Shown: positions 47,187 through 59,379 of the stretch, piece by piece
Layout of the letters: each line of letters opens with the position of its first letter
Numbering within the stretch: the stretch's first letter is position 1
Source of the DNA: Eledone cirrhosa
Lineage: Eukaryota
DNA: 64,000 nt
Assembly: GCA_964016885.1 (NCBI GenBank)
Contig: OZ024753.1
Span: 4,402,001-4,466,000 of the forward strand
Direction of reading: 5' to 3'
Translations under genes and position numbers: made by a program
Notes under the pieces: generated by a model
Told to the model about the DNA's origin: nothing
Database searches by the model: none
The model's input: only the letters and a program-made list of their open reading frames with translations

Positions 47187-48098
47187 ATGAAGCGGGCAAA
47201 TAATCGGTTTGAAATTGATGGGAGTGAGCATCTGAAGAAATATGGCTACACAATTTTGTCAACCCTAGATGAAGGGTCATTTGCAAAGGTCAAAGAAGGG
47301 TACGACGAAAATAATAAACGGAAAGCTGCAATTAAGATTATAGATGAAAGAGCTGTAAGAAAAAATTTCAAAGTGAAATTCCTTCCTAGAGAATTGGCTA
47401 TATTTCCGATGTTAGATCATCCAAATATTATTAAACTATTTCATGAAATACGCGTGGGCCATAAGATTTATGTTGTAATGGAATTTGCAGGACATGGTAA
47501 TTTACTTGACTATGTTGAACTCCATGGAGGACTTTTAGAAACGAAAGCAAAAATATTTTTTGCTTCAATTTTAAGTGCCATATCATATATGCACAGTAAA
47601 CAACTAGTGCACAGAGATATAAAATGTGAAAATATATTACTGAACAGAGATAACGAGGTGAAAGTTAGTGATTTTGGTTTTGCACGTGAAATTAAAGAGG
47701 GACAACTAAGTTCTACATTTTGTGGTAGTATGGCTTATTCATGCCCTGAGATATTACAAAAGAAACCGTATTACCCCATGTTAGCTGATGCTTGGGCACT
47801 TGGTATTGTTCTTTTCAAAATGATATTCAACAGATTCCCCTATAAATCGCATGATATGGGCAACATTATTAAACTGCAAATAGAGAAGAAATTTTCATAT
47901 CCTAAAGTTGTTTCTTACTCGCTTCAGGAATTGATAGGCAACATTCTGGAACCGGAGGTTGAGAAAAGGTATGGAGTATCAGATATCATTAAACACAATT
48001 GGACTAATTACGCACACACAGAAAAGAAAACTAGTATGCATAAAACGGGATCGGTACACAAGAATGTGAACGAAGAAACTGCAGCTTCTGCAGTTTGA
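47187..48098 (+). CDS. TSSK: testis-specific serine/threonine kinase (TSSK family, CAMK group), single coding exon, 303 aa
   Basis: Uninterrupted ORF with all kinase subdomains: LDEGSFAKV, AAIK, TSSK-typical KFLPREL, HRDIKCENILL, DFGFAR, LSSTFCGSMAYSCPE and DAWALG. The specific paralog cannot be assigned by eye. Confidence 0.93.
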   Translation: MKRANNRFEIDGSEHLKKYGYTILSTLDEGSFAKVKEGYDENNKRKAAIKIIDERAVRKNFKVKFLPRELAIFPMLDHPNIIKLFHEIRVGHKIYVVMEFAGHGNLLDYVELHGGLLETKAKIFFASILSAISYMHSKQLVHRDIKCENILLNRDNEVKVSDFGFAREIKEGQLSSTFCGSMAYSCPEILQKKPYYPMLADAWALGIVLFKMIFNRFPYKSHDMGNIIKLQIEKKFSYPKVVSYSLQELIGNILEPEVEKRYGVSDIIKHNWTNYAHTEKKTSMHKTGSVHKNVNEETAASAV

Positions 48099-48362
48099 TT
48101 TTACTTAGTTCACTCGGGCATTTTCATATAATCATCTATATTAGGAAGATTTCTAGTTTATGATTCAAAGTATATATTGAACCAAGGTTGGTTTCTAATC
48201 GCATCAATATAGTTATAGCACGAATCATCATAGAGTAAGCTTCTTATTGAGAAACATTGAAGAAAATCACGTTTCATGGATATATATATTTACGTATTTG
48301 TTTGTATAGTAATGTATAGTTTTATCAATTAAGTATCAATGTAATAGTCAAATTGTATCTAC

Positions 48363-48368
48363 AATAAA
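48363..48368 (+). terminator. candidate polyadenylation signal of the TSSK-like gene
   Basis: First AATAAA seen after the stop codon, ~265 nt downstream. Confidence 0.5.
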
Positions 48369-49606
48369 TTCAAATACAAAACATAACTGTCTATGTATAC
48401 TAACTACATTTAAAAACAAAATTGCCTTTGTAAGTGGGCTATTGTTATCTTCATAAGTGTCATATGATTGTATTACACGGCTTCGCCGTATTATCTTTTA
48501 TAGTTATTAGATATCCCAGTCCCATGGTTTAAGGGAATGACCTAGGTGTATGGTACTGTGACGCAATCGAAATATTTATCAATCAAACTGCTCGTAAGCA
48601 AAGCTGTACGTGAATACTGGGTTACTCCCTAAGTCACATATATTCTAAATAGTGTGAAATGGAAAATGCGATGTTTTAATGGGCATATATTGTTTAGCGA
48701 GATATGACAAAGTCCTGTCATTAAAGCCTATTAGATACAACCCCCTGGAAGACCCGTTAAACCAATGCAGGCATGATCTCTATCGACAAATATTTCTTAC
48801 TCGATATAAGAATATTAATAAGAAAACTAGCTTTTTAAGGATATCAAAGCTACATTAGTAATATTGTAATAGTCGTCTGGGTTAGGAAACATTATTATTT
48901 AAAAATTGATATTTTCCTGGAACGGTAAATTAATGTATACCGAAGTTTCTGTGCTACAGAAATGTCTCTATCGCACATAACCCGTGTTGGATAACCCTTT
49001 CATTATACCTATCGATAGGTATAGCTACTTTTAAATAGCCAAATTAAATTCCAAATATTTTGATTAAGAGCATCCGCCTGTATTGTGTTTAGTTCATGTA
49101 AATTAGCATTAAAAATAAAATTTAAATAATATTCAAGATTATGAAAGATACCTAAAATACATTATTTGCATTTCATTCACACTCATTACATTTCTTTACT
49201 CGGTATTTTGTTGCAGTCAATACAGCCCAAACTTATATATAAATATATTACAAGCTTTGTAGTGATAGTCACCGCATATGAAGGACACGAACTTCAACCG
49301 GATACTGTCTGAATCTTCGTTAAACATTAGCTATTACAGAGACGAGAACATGAAGTCCAACGAAAGTAGTGAACGTGTATGGCATCATGCGAGTCCTGGA
49401 ATGTCAAATTGAATAGATCGGTTCCCTACCGTAATATGTGAATTAATTTGATAAATGTAAGAAACATGGTGTTCAGAGAAAGAAGAGACGTGACATTTAA
49501 CACTTATATCCACGAGGCGGAACAAACAAATCGTGATTTTGTTGTCTGGGAACATGAACTTCATTTGACTGGATAGGAAGACTTGTAGAATGGCACATGT
49601 ATATAT

Positions 49607-49656
<50 letters not shown>

Positions 49657-50983
49657 TTACAAATAAACGCAGGGAGTAGAAAACGGCACTATAATATCGG
49701 AACTAAGATGCAGTAAAAATTAAGCAAGGAAATGTATATCCACTAAAAAACATATACGTTCATATACATACCTTTTTTCCCCCGAATACACACGCCGCAG
49801 TAGTTCCCAAGTTTTAAACCTTTTCATAACATTTGTATTAAATTTATTTTCTTTTATATTCGCATTTCAGCGTAGGATTTCGATGATATTGCTAATACTT
49901 AAATGAGAGATTGGAAATGATGTGACTTACGCCCTATCAGTATCGTCGATTATTCTATTAATTTATTCGTTCCCACTATATATTAACACATGCCTTTTCC
50001 TTCTTCACGAACTGTGTAATGAGCATGGCCTATAAATACATTCTGCCAGCATGCTGCGTAAAGGATTTTACAGGGTTTCAAATGCCGACTTGTTTGAAGA
50101 CCCACGAATTCATTACTTTCTAATGGGGCACATACATATCAATTTATTAAATATAAATTGGTCAAAAATACAGAAAATGAAAGCAACGTTGGAAAGGAAT
50201 ATAAAGCTATAAGTGATAGAAATGGGAGGGTAAGAGCAATGATACTTGACATAGGAAGAAAGAAATGGAGAAGGTGGAGAGGGTGGCAGACTCTACACCT
50301 AGGTCAGAACGGTCTACTATCTACGACATAACGAGTTCAATATCTATATATAAATTCCAATTTGCTTTGGCTTTACTTGAACTAAAAGGACCCACAACCG
50401 TATACTATTTGATCAGATAGTTTTACGAACGTTGTCTCCTGATCTATCTCTATATCATTTTTTAATTTGGTTTTCTTTTCCAATTTTACTAAGGGTAATA
50501 TATTTATCGTATTTATTCTATTTATCACGTGTTAATGAATGAAATATATTTCATGGAGCAAAAAATGTTGTGTTGATATTTTTGTCGGAATAACAGTAGT
50601 ATTATATATTAACTAACTTGCTGTTTATCACGCAAGGGTTTTACACTTAAACTAAATGTATCTAAATATTATTTCCCACCGACGAGAGCGTAATGTTTAA
50701 TATGTGGAAAACCGCCTAAGCAATGTGGATCATATTTGTTCAGCATTAGTATTTAGTGACGGTTTTGGCATGGAAAGGATATTTTGTTAGAACGAGCAGC
50801 AATATTTACCGTACATTCAGAACGTTTTTATAAACCAGTAGTTCGATGTAAAAGCGTAAAAAACAAGATGCTTGGTTGTCTTGAAAATTGCCATAGCGTC
50901 CAGGTCATTTTGCTCAAACCTGTTTTTGTGTCTTCCCGTGGGAATACATACATACATACATACATACATACATACATACATAC

Positions 50984-51388
50984 ATGGTGGCTGCCACCTC
51001 GTTTTCGAGTACAGCCACTACTTTATATCCATGTAAGAGAACCCCTACTGATGCGCTGAACGAGTGTGATTTTTAGTCCAGCCAGCGACTTGAAAACTCT
51101 GGTACAAACACTACACTTGTGACAATTATTGACACAGTGCTGGGCCCATGGTACCATGTGACGACAAGTGCAGAGAGATCTCCAGATATAAAGCAATGCC
51201 TGTGCCGTGAAGATTTTATAGTGAGCAAAGGCACTGCACAAAGCCAGTCCCACTCTCTTAACCAAGATGATATTTATCAAAAAGAAGAACAAGTCAACAT
51301 CATTGGATACCACCAGAGTTGCAGGTGTTATATCAGAGTTTTCCTTCTCCTAGAATTCTGGCTTGAAAAGGCTAAGGGGTCATCTCTC
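50984..51388 (-). mobile_element. 5'-truncated RTE-derived retroelement, copy F
   Basis: Matches the 3' two-thirds of copies A-D; pure (ACAT)n on both sides. Confidence 0.85.
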
Positions 51389-51440
51389 ATATACATACAT
51401 ACATACATACATACATACATACATACATACATACATACAT

Positions 51441-51685
51441 AGATTCATACCCATCATTATTGGAGCTATGGGTTATATACCAACCCGTTTGGACCAAACT
51501 ATGATTGAACTTGGATATGCGGACAAAGAGCGCAGCTCCCTAATTCATAGTCTACAAATGGCTGCGATAGCTTGCACATTCAAAATTTGCAAAACATTCT
51601 TGCGATTCAAGGGATGACAATCTTTTATCTATTACAACCTTGCCACCAGGAATGTGGCCGGTCAAAAAAGATACTCGAAATTAAG
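51441..51685 (+). mobile_element. 5'-truncated 3' end of an R4/Dong-type (restriction-like endonuclease) LINE
   Basis: RFIPIIIGAMGYIP...LQMAAIACTFKICKTFLRFKG* matches the typical C-terminus (PIIIGALG...LQ...GT.KI.+.FL); short 3' UTR; (ACAT)n on both sides. Confidence 0.7.
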
Positions 51686-52189
51686 ACATACATACATACA
51701 TCACCCAGAGGAAAATAAATAATAGAAGCTAATTATTCCGAAGATAATGTTCAGGTATGTAGAAAAATGAAAGGTTTAAAGAAATCATGTACAAAATCAA
51801 AATAGAATTTTAAAATATATAAACGAATGAAAACGTCAATAACTTCCAAATATCGACAGTGATGAAGGAAGTCACCCCAAATACCATGTGAAAAATTCAG
51901 AAAGAGAACGTCAGCTTATAGCTATAAAAGACCTAAAGAGGAAAAAGATAAAACCGAAGAAAGAAAAAGACTGCAGCAGACTATTGAATCAACACAAACG
52001 AATACTTGTCTTCATCATTTATGCTTGCTAGCTCATTGCAAAGATAATATATATCCACGTGATCGATTACGCCCGTAAAATATCTAGCATGTGACAGTAA
52101 CCATACTAAGTTTGTACGCAAAATACATATCTAGACTAAAACTAAATTTAGATATACGAATGATTTAATTTTAGGTAAGTTGACAGGAA

Positions 52190-52345
52190 TAATGGTTCAG
52201 CTTATAGACTTTCACCTCGCAAATATGTGATTTCGAGTTTCATCTTATTTCGTGGCGTTTTGAGTGGATTGTACTAGAACTGTATTTCGACAATAATTTT
52301 ATCGAAAGTTGGTAGATGTGAAATGCTTGGAAGCTCTTCGTGTTT
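52190..52345 (+). mobile_element. possible very old SINE of a second family
   Basis: Faint tRNA-head-like TGGTT...GAGTTTCATC followed by TTGGTAGATGTGAAA...GAAGC; weak. Confidence 0.3.
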
Positions 52346-54224
52346 ACGAGCATGTTCTTATTCCGGAAACGACATTTCCAACAGATATATGCTCCTGTGT
52401 ATATTTAGCGGATTGATGCTGTTGCAAACATTTCAGCTAGGTCTCTGGACTGCGGATAACACACTTCATTCCAGGTCAAAATTAGAGTGGATAACTATAA
52501 CAATAACAGTGTAATAGACCCATGAGTACATATCTTGTTCTATACAGCCTTGTGTCTACAGTTCAAAATAGGGATAGTTTCTATTTTAAAATATAGCTAT
52601 TCCTGTGTGCAATTGATCAATGTCATTTAAGTAGTGATTGCATAGAATTTCTATTTAATTATATCTACAATAAATTCGTTAATGAACATAGTCGTTAAGT
52701 TCAATAATGATGTAGTTAAATAACTAAATCTGAAAATACCATTATATCAGCATTACATATATCGTCTGCATCACATTGTAGACATTCCGTTTTGATATGT
52801 TGTTTATTGGCATATTTCCCATTTTTGGCAAGTGTATTACATGTGTGTTATCTCTGAGTAGCAAAGATCTATAGCATATTTAAGTTGTTCTCTTCTAAAT
52901 CAGAGACATATTCATATGAGTGCAATAAGATTTGCCTTGTTCCTTATGAATTGGAACTTTATTCCAGGGTTTTGCAGTATAGATTCCCTTTACTACTGTG
53001 CCTTCAAATATATTTCATGCGACTTAATGTTGAATAATACAATTTGGGTCACGTAATCCTCTCCACATTTTATCGTAGTGTTAGTTTTGCTCCAAGTCGT
53101 CTCACTTCGAGAATACTCATGTAGTAAATCCAAGCCTTCCTCCCGTGAAATTAGTGTCTGGTTGTATCATTCCCATATTAAGACGGTGAACTTTATTTTT
53201 TTAATTATAACACACAAATAAGCTATTTTGACTCACCAGGTGCTATTGGATTCAGATTTTAGAATTATGCAGAGGACGTATCCTGCTTCGTAGAGTTCAG
53301 TGAGTTGGATTCGTGATTACTTTTCAGGAATGTTTCTCTAATTAGCCTATTTTCATAATATACCTGTGAATGAAGGATTGTCTTAAACCCTTGGATTGTC
53401 TGATTTTCCAAGTGAACGTAAGATACTTATCATTCAGCTTCACTCGATCTTACATAAATAGGTCTTCTCATGGGATCAGATGAACCGATATAATTGGGTA
53501 TATTAGTTATATCCCGGCATATCATAATTCAGTGTGTCTACAAAAGAATTGACCACCTTTATTCAAGAGTAAGACTATAGATGGTGCATTCGGTGTTAGA
53601 GGAAATAAACGTCGATACCAATTTGCATTAGCTTAATTAGCAGTGTCGTTTCGACAGATAATCTAGTGATGAAATGTAATTTGGAGAAAGTTCATACATA
53701 ATTATCAATATGGGTTAATTGTTGTCATTATTCGCCGAATTCTTATTTAAACATCTGAGAAAGTTTCATGAGAAATAATGCAATTGTATGCACAAATGTG
53801 TATAGAATTTAATCTATTCCTAGTAATAGCGATATTTCATATATATATATATTTCGTGAAGTCAGTCAGAGCTTTGAAACCCCCACGTAAAGCAATTCTT
53901 GGATATAATCAATTGATTAAGTTTATTACAGAAGGCACGGTTTTCCGAATTATTTGACTTTGTGAACCATATGCATTGTTATATATCTTAAATGTTAATT
54001 GTAGCAATGTATATTGATACATCAAATACAATGCTTTAACAAGGAACTTTTAGCATACACTAAACACGCGGGTTTATATTGTAATTATCAAGCTGATAAT
54101 TATGAGTTTCCACATTAAACTTATGAAATGTATGCTAATGTAATAAAACAAAATCTTAAAACCTCGACTATAATATTCTGTTCTGACGTTATTATTTCAT
54201 TTAGCTCTGACTTATAAACCGCTA

Positions 54225-54267
<43 letters not shown>

Positions 54268-56319
54268 TCCTCTTTTATTCCCAAGTCTTTGTTGGAAATT
54301 TTCTTCACTAAGTACACCTACCTAGAGATGGTTTTGTGCGCCGAGAAACTCTGATAATTCTAATATATGACCGGGTCAGCGAAAATAGATTTTGCATAAC
54401 TCAGTGAATCTAAGATTTCGAAATCTTTCAAACGTCTTAACAAAAATGTCAATTTTGGTGGCACTCTGGCTAGTGAGATGCAAACATGTACCATCCCGAA
54501 CGGCTCCATTCTCGAAGACATCCATCACAGTTAATATATCATATAAATAAAACGTAATGAGCCTGGCATAGGTTAGATGCGTATCACCTCATATCAATCT
54601 AGAAAGTTTCGGTAAGGTCGATTATCAATATTTTACCGTTTGTTTAGATGTTATCGATAAGCTTTGGTCACTCGAATTTGGAGATTAGCGGTTTGAGCAG
54701 TTTCACCCAAAATTGAGTCTCGCAGAGGCTATTCACAAGCAAAAGCGCACACAAAACGCACACATTCACATATACACACATACGTGTATATATGTATAGA
54801 GAGTTGTGTAAATGATTTAAATTCACATAGTCCCTAGATGTTTTAAGTAAGTAAAGATTGAAAGAAAAGCTATACCTTGGGGGAGTGTGATATAAGGATC
54901 TCGAAAGAAGGAGATAGGAAAAGAAAAAAGAGGCAGAAATCGTAGTTGGACCGAATGTTCCCCACAACAATTTTTAAAACACTAAACGTTTTGTGTTTTA
55001 TGTTTTATCATCCGTTAGGATAAATTAAGATGAAAATGAATGAAAAATAATTAAAAAGAATTACTAATTAAACAAACTAGAGTGTAGAATTGTGACTAGG
55101 GAGAATGTATTTTCCGTTGGTTAGTATGTGAAACCTGTTTATGTTTCATGACATACCATGTCGACGTAAACAAAGTCATTGTTCCTCCGATTCTCCTCCT
55201 TTAACTTCCTCTCTCTTCCTCTTGGCACTTTCATTTTCTTTTTCTTCCCCTCATTCTTTTTTTCCGTCACTGGTTTGTTGTCGGTGCTTTTCTTTATGTA
55301 GGAAATATATGTTTCTCAAGTCATCAAAACCCCAACAATTGACAGAGAATAAATAATATGTCATTGTCACTGTTGTAGCCAGGCGAGACGGGGCCTGCGA
55401 ATCACCAGATTCTTGACCGATTATGTGGACGTAATAATACTAATGTTACAGAATTGTGTTAATGAGACCCATGCCTTATCGATACAATATTACATAAAAC
55501 ATATGGAAATTAACAGAAAGATCGAGAGAGGGAATGAGATAATGAGAGAGTGGGGTAGAGCTTAAAAGACAGAGAAAAAGTGAGTGACTGAGTGAGAGGA
55601 AGAGAGAGAAAATAAGACTGTATTTTGCCGAAACAACAAAAGCACAGAATCTAAACATGATTTAATCTATTTAAAACAAATCTAATTCGTGCCTAGTAAA
55701 TCTTTGCGCAATACAAAATGTTTGGAGCGAATATGGTTTTACAGAACGTAATAAAGGGAATGTCATTTCTATAGTTCCTGTAATACAAAGGTCCAATATG
55801 AACAATATTTAATTGCATGCCAGAGAATATTTTAAAATCAACATGACTGATGTATATATTAAAAAAATCAGTTTCATTCTTTTATAATAAAAGCGTTGTC
55901 ACGAAAGAAAATCGTTGAGAAATATAAGCATAAATATTGCTATGATAGAATCAAAATCGTTTATGTAAAACTTCGAAATCAAAATATACCAAGGCGACTA
56001 ATTCCTGAAGTGACTATTAGATAGTGATAGGGAAAAGAGAATCTACCTATCTCTCACCCCCCCCCCTCTCAATGACGATGTTGCAGATGTGCAACGAAAG
56101 AACTTTGTTAGACTATATATATATGTGTTTATATCTATATTATATCTGTATTTTTGACTGTTGGTCAGTTAATGGTAAACATTGACGACCGAATGAATTA
56201 ACTAATATAAAAGATACAGAAGCCAAAAACCAACCAAACAGTGTGTGTGTTCTGTTATTAATTCTGGCAATAGTATTATAACAATATGACCCTCCCCAAA
56301 TATAACTATATATATATCC

Positions 56320-58228
56320 AGGGAGTGTAACTTGAGGTTACTGTAGGTTCACCCGGGTGAGCACTCGATGCTTAGGTTCACTTCAATGTCGAGGTGTAGA
56401 TCTAGACAGAGTGTATTATAGTGAAATAAGATAACTAGGACGATTGGTTACTCCTTTATTATGTTTATTGGCTGGTGACGCGCATTTCACCACCGATCAG
56501 GTTCGATCTGTGTCGATCTGACCCGGCTCTGTAAGCCGCAGCTCGTCAGACCACTTGTAATGTTAATGGAAATTGAATACATGCTGTATGATAAAGTCAG
56601 AAGTTCCTATGGTGGTCATTAAAGTTTGTTTTGATTGGTGGTTTAATTCATAGGGATTATTTTGCCTGTAGAGTTTGTGGGGGTGAGTGTGTTGATAAGT
56701 TGGTGGTGTCGGTCGCAGGTTGAAGTGGGCGGTGGTGTGAGGGTGCTGGTTGTCGTTAGACAGTGTGGCATGTAGATGTGGCTGATTTTTGTTTGTGGTG
56801 TGGGTGTGGTGTTGTTGTTTTTTGATAAAGATGAAAGGTTGCGGTGTTTATGGTGGTGTGATGATTGTGTTCGTGGTTTCATTTCCATAAGGAGATACAT
56901 ATATAGACACACTTAGTCTGACAAATACGTTGTATACATACACATGTGTATATATATAGATGGCGGTTGTACACATATACTTACACACAGACACACACGC
57001 GTTGTTTAGGGAGGGATGATATGTGTTGGTGATGTTGATGGCTGTCGAAGTATGGCGACGTGCTTGGTGGTGGGGGTTGGAAGGTGGGTGCATTGCGACA
57101 TGATATTTACAGGATCGAATTTTACGATGGATTACAGTTTTAAAAAAGTGACATAGGGGAAAACAAGGAGGTAAATGAGGGATGGTGGACGTATGGCGAT
57201 GCGTTTGGTGGTGGTGGTGGTGGGGGGGGGGTGATTTGTTCGACATTATATTTACAGGACCGGATGTTACGACGAGTTACAAGTTAGAACCTGACAGGGA
57301 AGACACATAGAACACAATCGTACTGAGATGAGGGATGCAGGGCGATGTGTTTGTTGGTGTTGATGGGTGCGACATGATGTTTACAAGATCTGATCTTACA
57401 ATGGGTTACATCTTATGGAAGACAAATGTACTGAGATGAGGGGCGATGTGGAAAGACAAAGGTGGTTATCCTTATGTTGAGTCAGGGTTAGTGGCTGGCC
57501 CTCGGCCGAATGTTTGTGCAGAGAAGGTGGTCATCCTGGTGTGTCAGCAGTTTATAATTATGTAGATCTTCAGTTTATGGTCGATTTCAATTTAATGATC
57601 TCAGCCGCCTCGGCCAGGCATAACCTGCAGTGTTTTCTGTCGTGGGGGAGTTGGGCCACGTGTCTTTTAACTGAACATTTGATCTGGTATTCCATGTTCT
57701 CGTTTTTGAGGTCCCAGATCAAGTCCGCCAGTCTTGTTTGGGATCCTTTGGGCCTGTGTTTGAAGGAGCTTTTATGGTTATACCAGCGCTCCTTAAACGT
57801 AGTCGAGGTCGCGCCTATGTAGGAGTACTCTTTTCGGCCAGCTGTGACATCGCACTGGTTAATAATGTTTTTAACGAGACACTCTCCGTTTAATGGGCAT
57901 TCTGCCCACTTTTTGCAGTTGCAGTTGTGGTTTATGTGTTTGTTGTGAGGTTGTCGGTTGTTCGTATTCTGTGTGGAGCTGGCATGTAGGTTGTTGTGCG
58001 TGTGGTTTCGTTCTGGGTTGTGCTAGTGATTGGCTGTGGTGCTATCATGTGTTTCCGTATTTTTGTCATATTTGTGTGTGCTATCGTGTCGCCTAGATTT
58101 GGTGTTGCGAAGAAGGAGAATTTGACAGTGTGTCTATTAAAGAGCTTGTGGTATTTATGTGTGGGTGGAAAGGATTGTTCCAGAGCTCTGAAGAAGGTTG
58201 CCGGTATATTGTGGCAATGTGTATAGAG
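56320..58228 (-). mobile_element. 5'-truncated Penelope-like element: RT C-terminus, GIY-YIG endonuclease, long 3' region and hammerhead-bearing pseudo-LTR
   Basis: Minus strand translates to FFRALEQSFPPTHKYHKLFNRHTVKFSF...CNCKKWAECPLNGECLVKNIINQCDV...YSYIGATSTTFKERWYNHKSSF...IWDLK...CRLCLAEAAEII (57570-58200), which is typical of Penelope elements. Hammerhead at 56473-56553. Confidence 0.85.
56473..56553 (-). ncRNA. type I hammerhead ribozyme with an expanded stem II
   Basis: UGGU-CUGACGA-[54 nt]-GAAA-U-GCGC-GUC-ACCA: intact core, perfect 4-bp stem I, GUC cleavage triplet and palindromic loop III; AAUAAA follows. Confidence 0.75.
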
Positions 58229-58372
58229 TACGGGGCGTTGTACTATGTCACGTGTCTGAGTTCAAATCCCGCCGATGTTAACTTTGTCTTTCATACTTAT
58301 GGAGTCAATAAAATAAAGTACCAGTAATACACTGATATATTTGCTGGCCTTGTGCCAAAAGTAGAAACAATT
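58229..58372 (+). mobile_element. 5'-truncated tRNA-derived SINE abutting the Penelope element
   Basis: CTGAGTTCAAATCCCGCCGATGTTAACTTTG...AAAATAAAGTACCAG...GCCTTGTGCCAAAAGTAGAAAC. Confidence 0.85.
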
Positions 58373-58728
58373 ATCTACTGCCTTAAATCATTATAGATCA
58401 ATGCCCATTATATAAAACGGAATAGTAACCGAGTAGCCGATCATTCCTCCGAAATGTTTCGGGACATTGCATTCTCCTAAACTATGCTCTTGATAACAAC
58501 ACATTAGTAATATAAGAAAATTAGTTGTGGTGATACGACATGTCTTGCCCAGAGTTTACTAAATGGTCCCATAGATTCTATGCTGGATCTTCGTATTAAT
58601 TGGGGTGCTGAGATCCCCTTTAAGCTATATGCAGCCGGAGACATCATAAAGCCAAAACACAGTGCAGTATGCATAGGGATGTCCGAAATTTTTTGTCAAA
58701 GAAGAACCCATTTAAAAAATTATAAAAA

Positions 58729-59093
58729 AAACGTTTAACTCACACATTTTAATATTTATCATAATATTTAAATGCTGCGACTAATACTAAGGTGTTGTAA
58801 CGTCGTTGTCACTCGTGCTGCCATGACAAACAACCCATATTTGTTTTCAGTATGAATCCTTTAAGAATCGTATGTTAGCTGACGTTGAACTATTTTAGAT
58901 TTGATTTGTAATTTGTGAAATAATATTTTTACATGTTTGTCCCATTTTCAATTTGCTACAAGTTTAGGATGGAGAAACCTGGAAATTTGACAATGCATCA
59001 TTTGTCGAATGTGTAGAATTTGCTGAACACCTTAGTATTAGTCGCAGCATTTAAATATTATGATAAATATTAAAATGTGTGAGTTAAACGTTT
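58729..59093. repeat. perfect 68-bp inverted repeat with a 229-bp spacer
   Basis: 58729-58796 is the exact reverse complement of 59026-59093 (checked base by base). Confidence 0.92.
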
Positions 59094-59193
59094 GGGGAAA
59101 CTGGAGGGCGAGTATATTATTTTGACGATATAATTAGTTGGTACTTTATTAATCGTGTTATGTTTAGGGATATTGGCCATATTACTATATGTT

Positions 59194-59379
59194 GGGGCGG
59201 TGGATTGGCAGTATCGGTAGAGGGTCGGACGCCATGCTTTCCAGCATAGTTACGTCCCTTTACGATCTGAGTTCAAATCTCGCCGAGGTTGACTTTGCCT
59301 TTCACCCTTACGGGGTCGATAAAATAAAGTACCAGTAATGCACTGGGTAATTGTTGGCCTTGTGCCTAAAGTAGAAACA
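59194..59379 (+). mobile_element. full-length tRNA-derived SINE
   Basis: End-to-end match with the 11193 copy. Confidence 0.9.
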
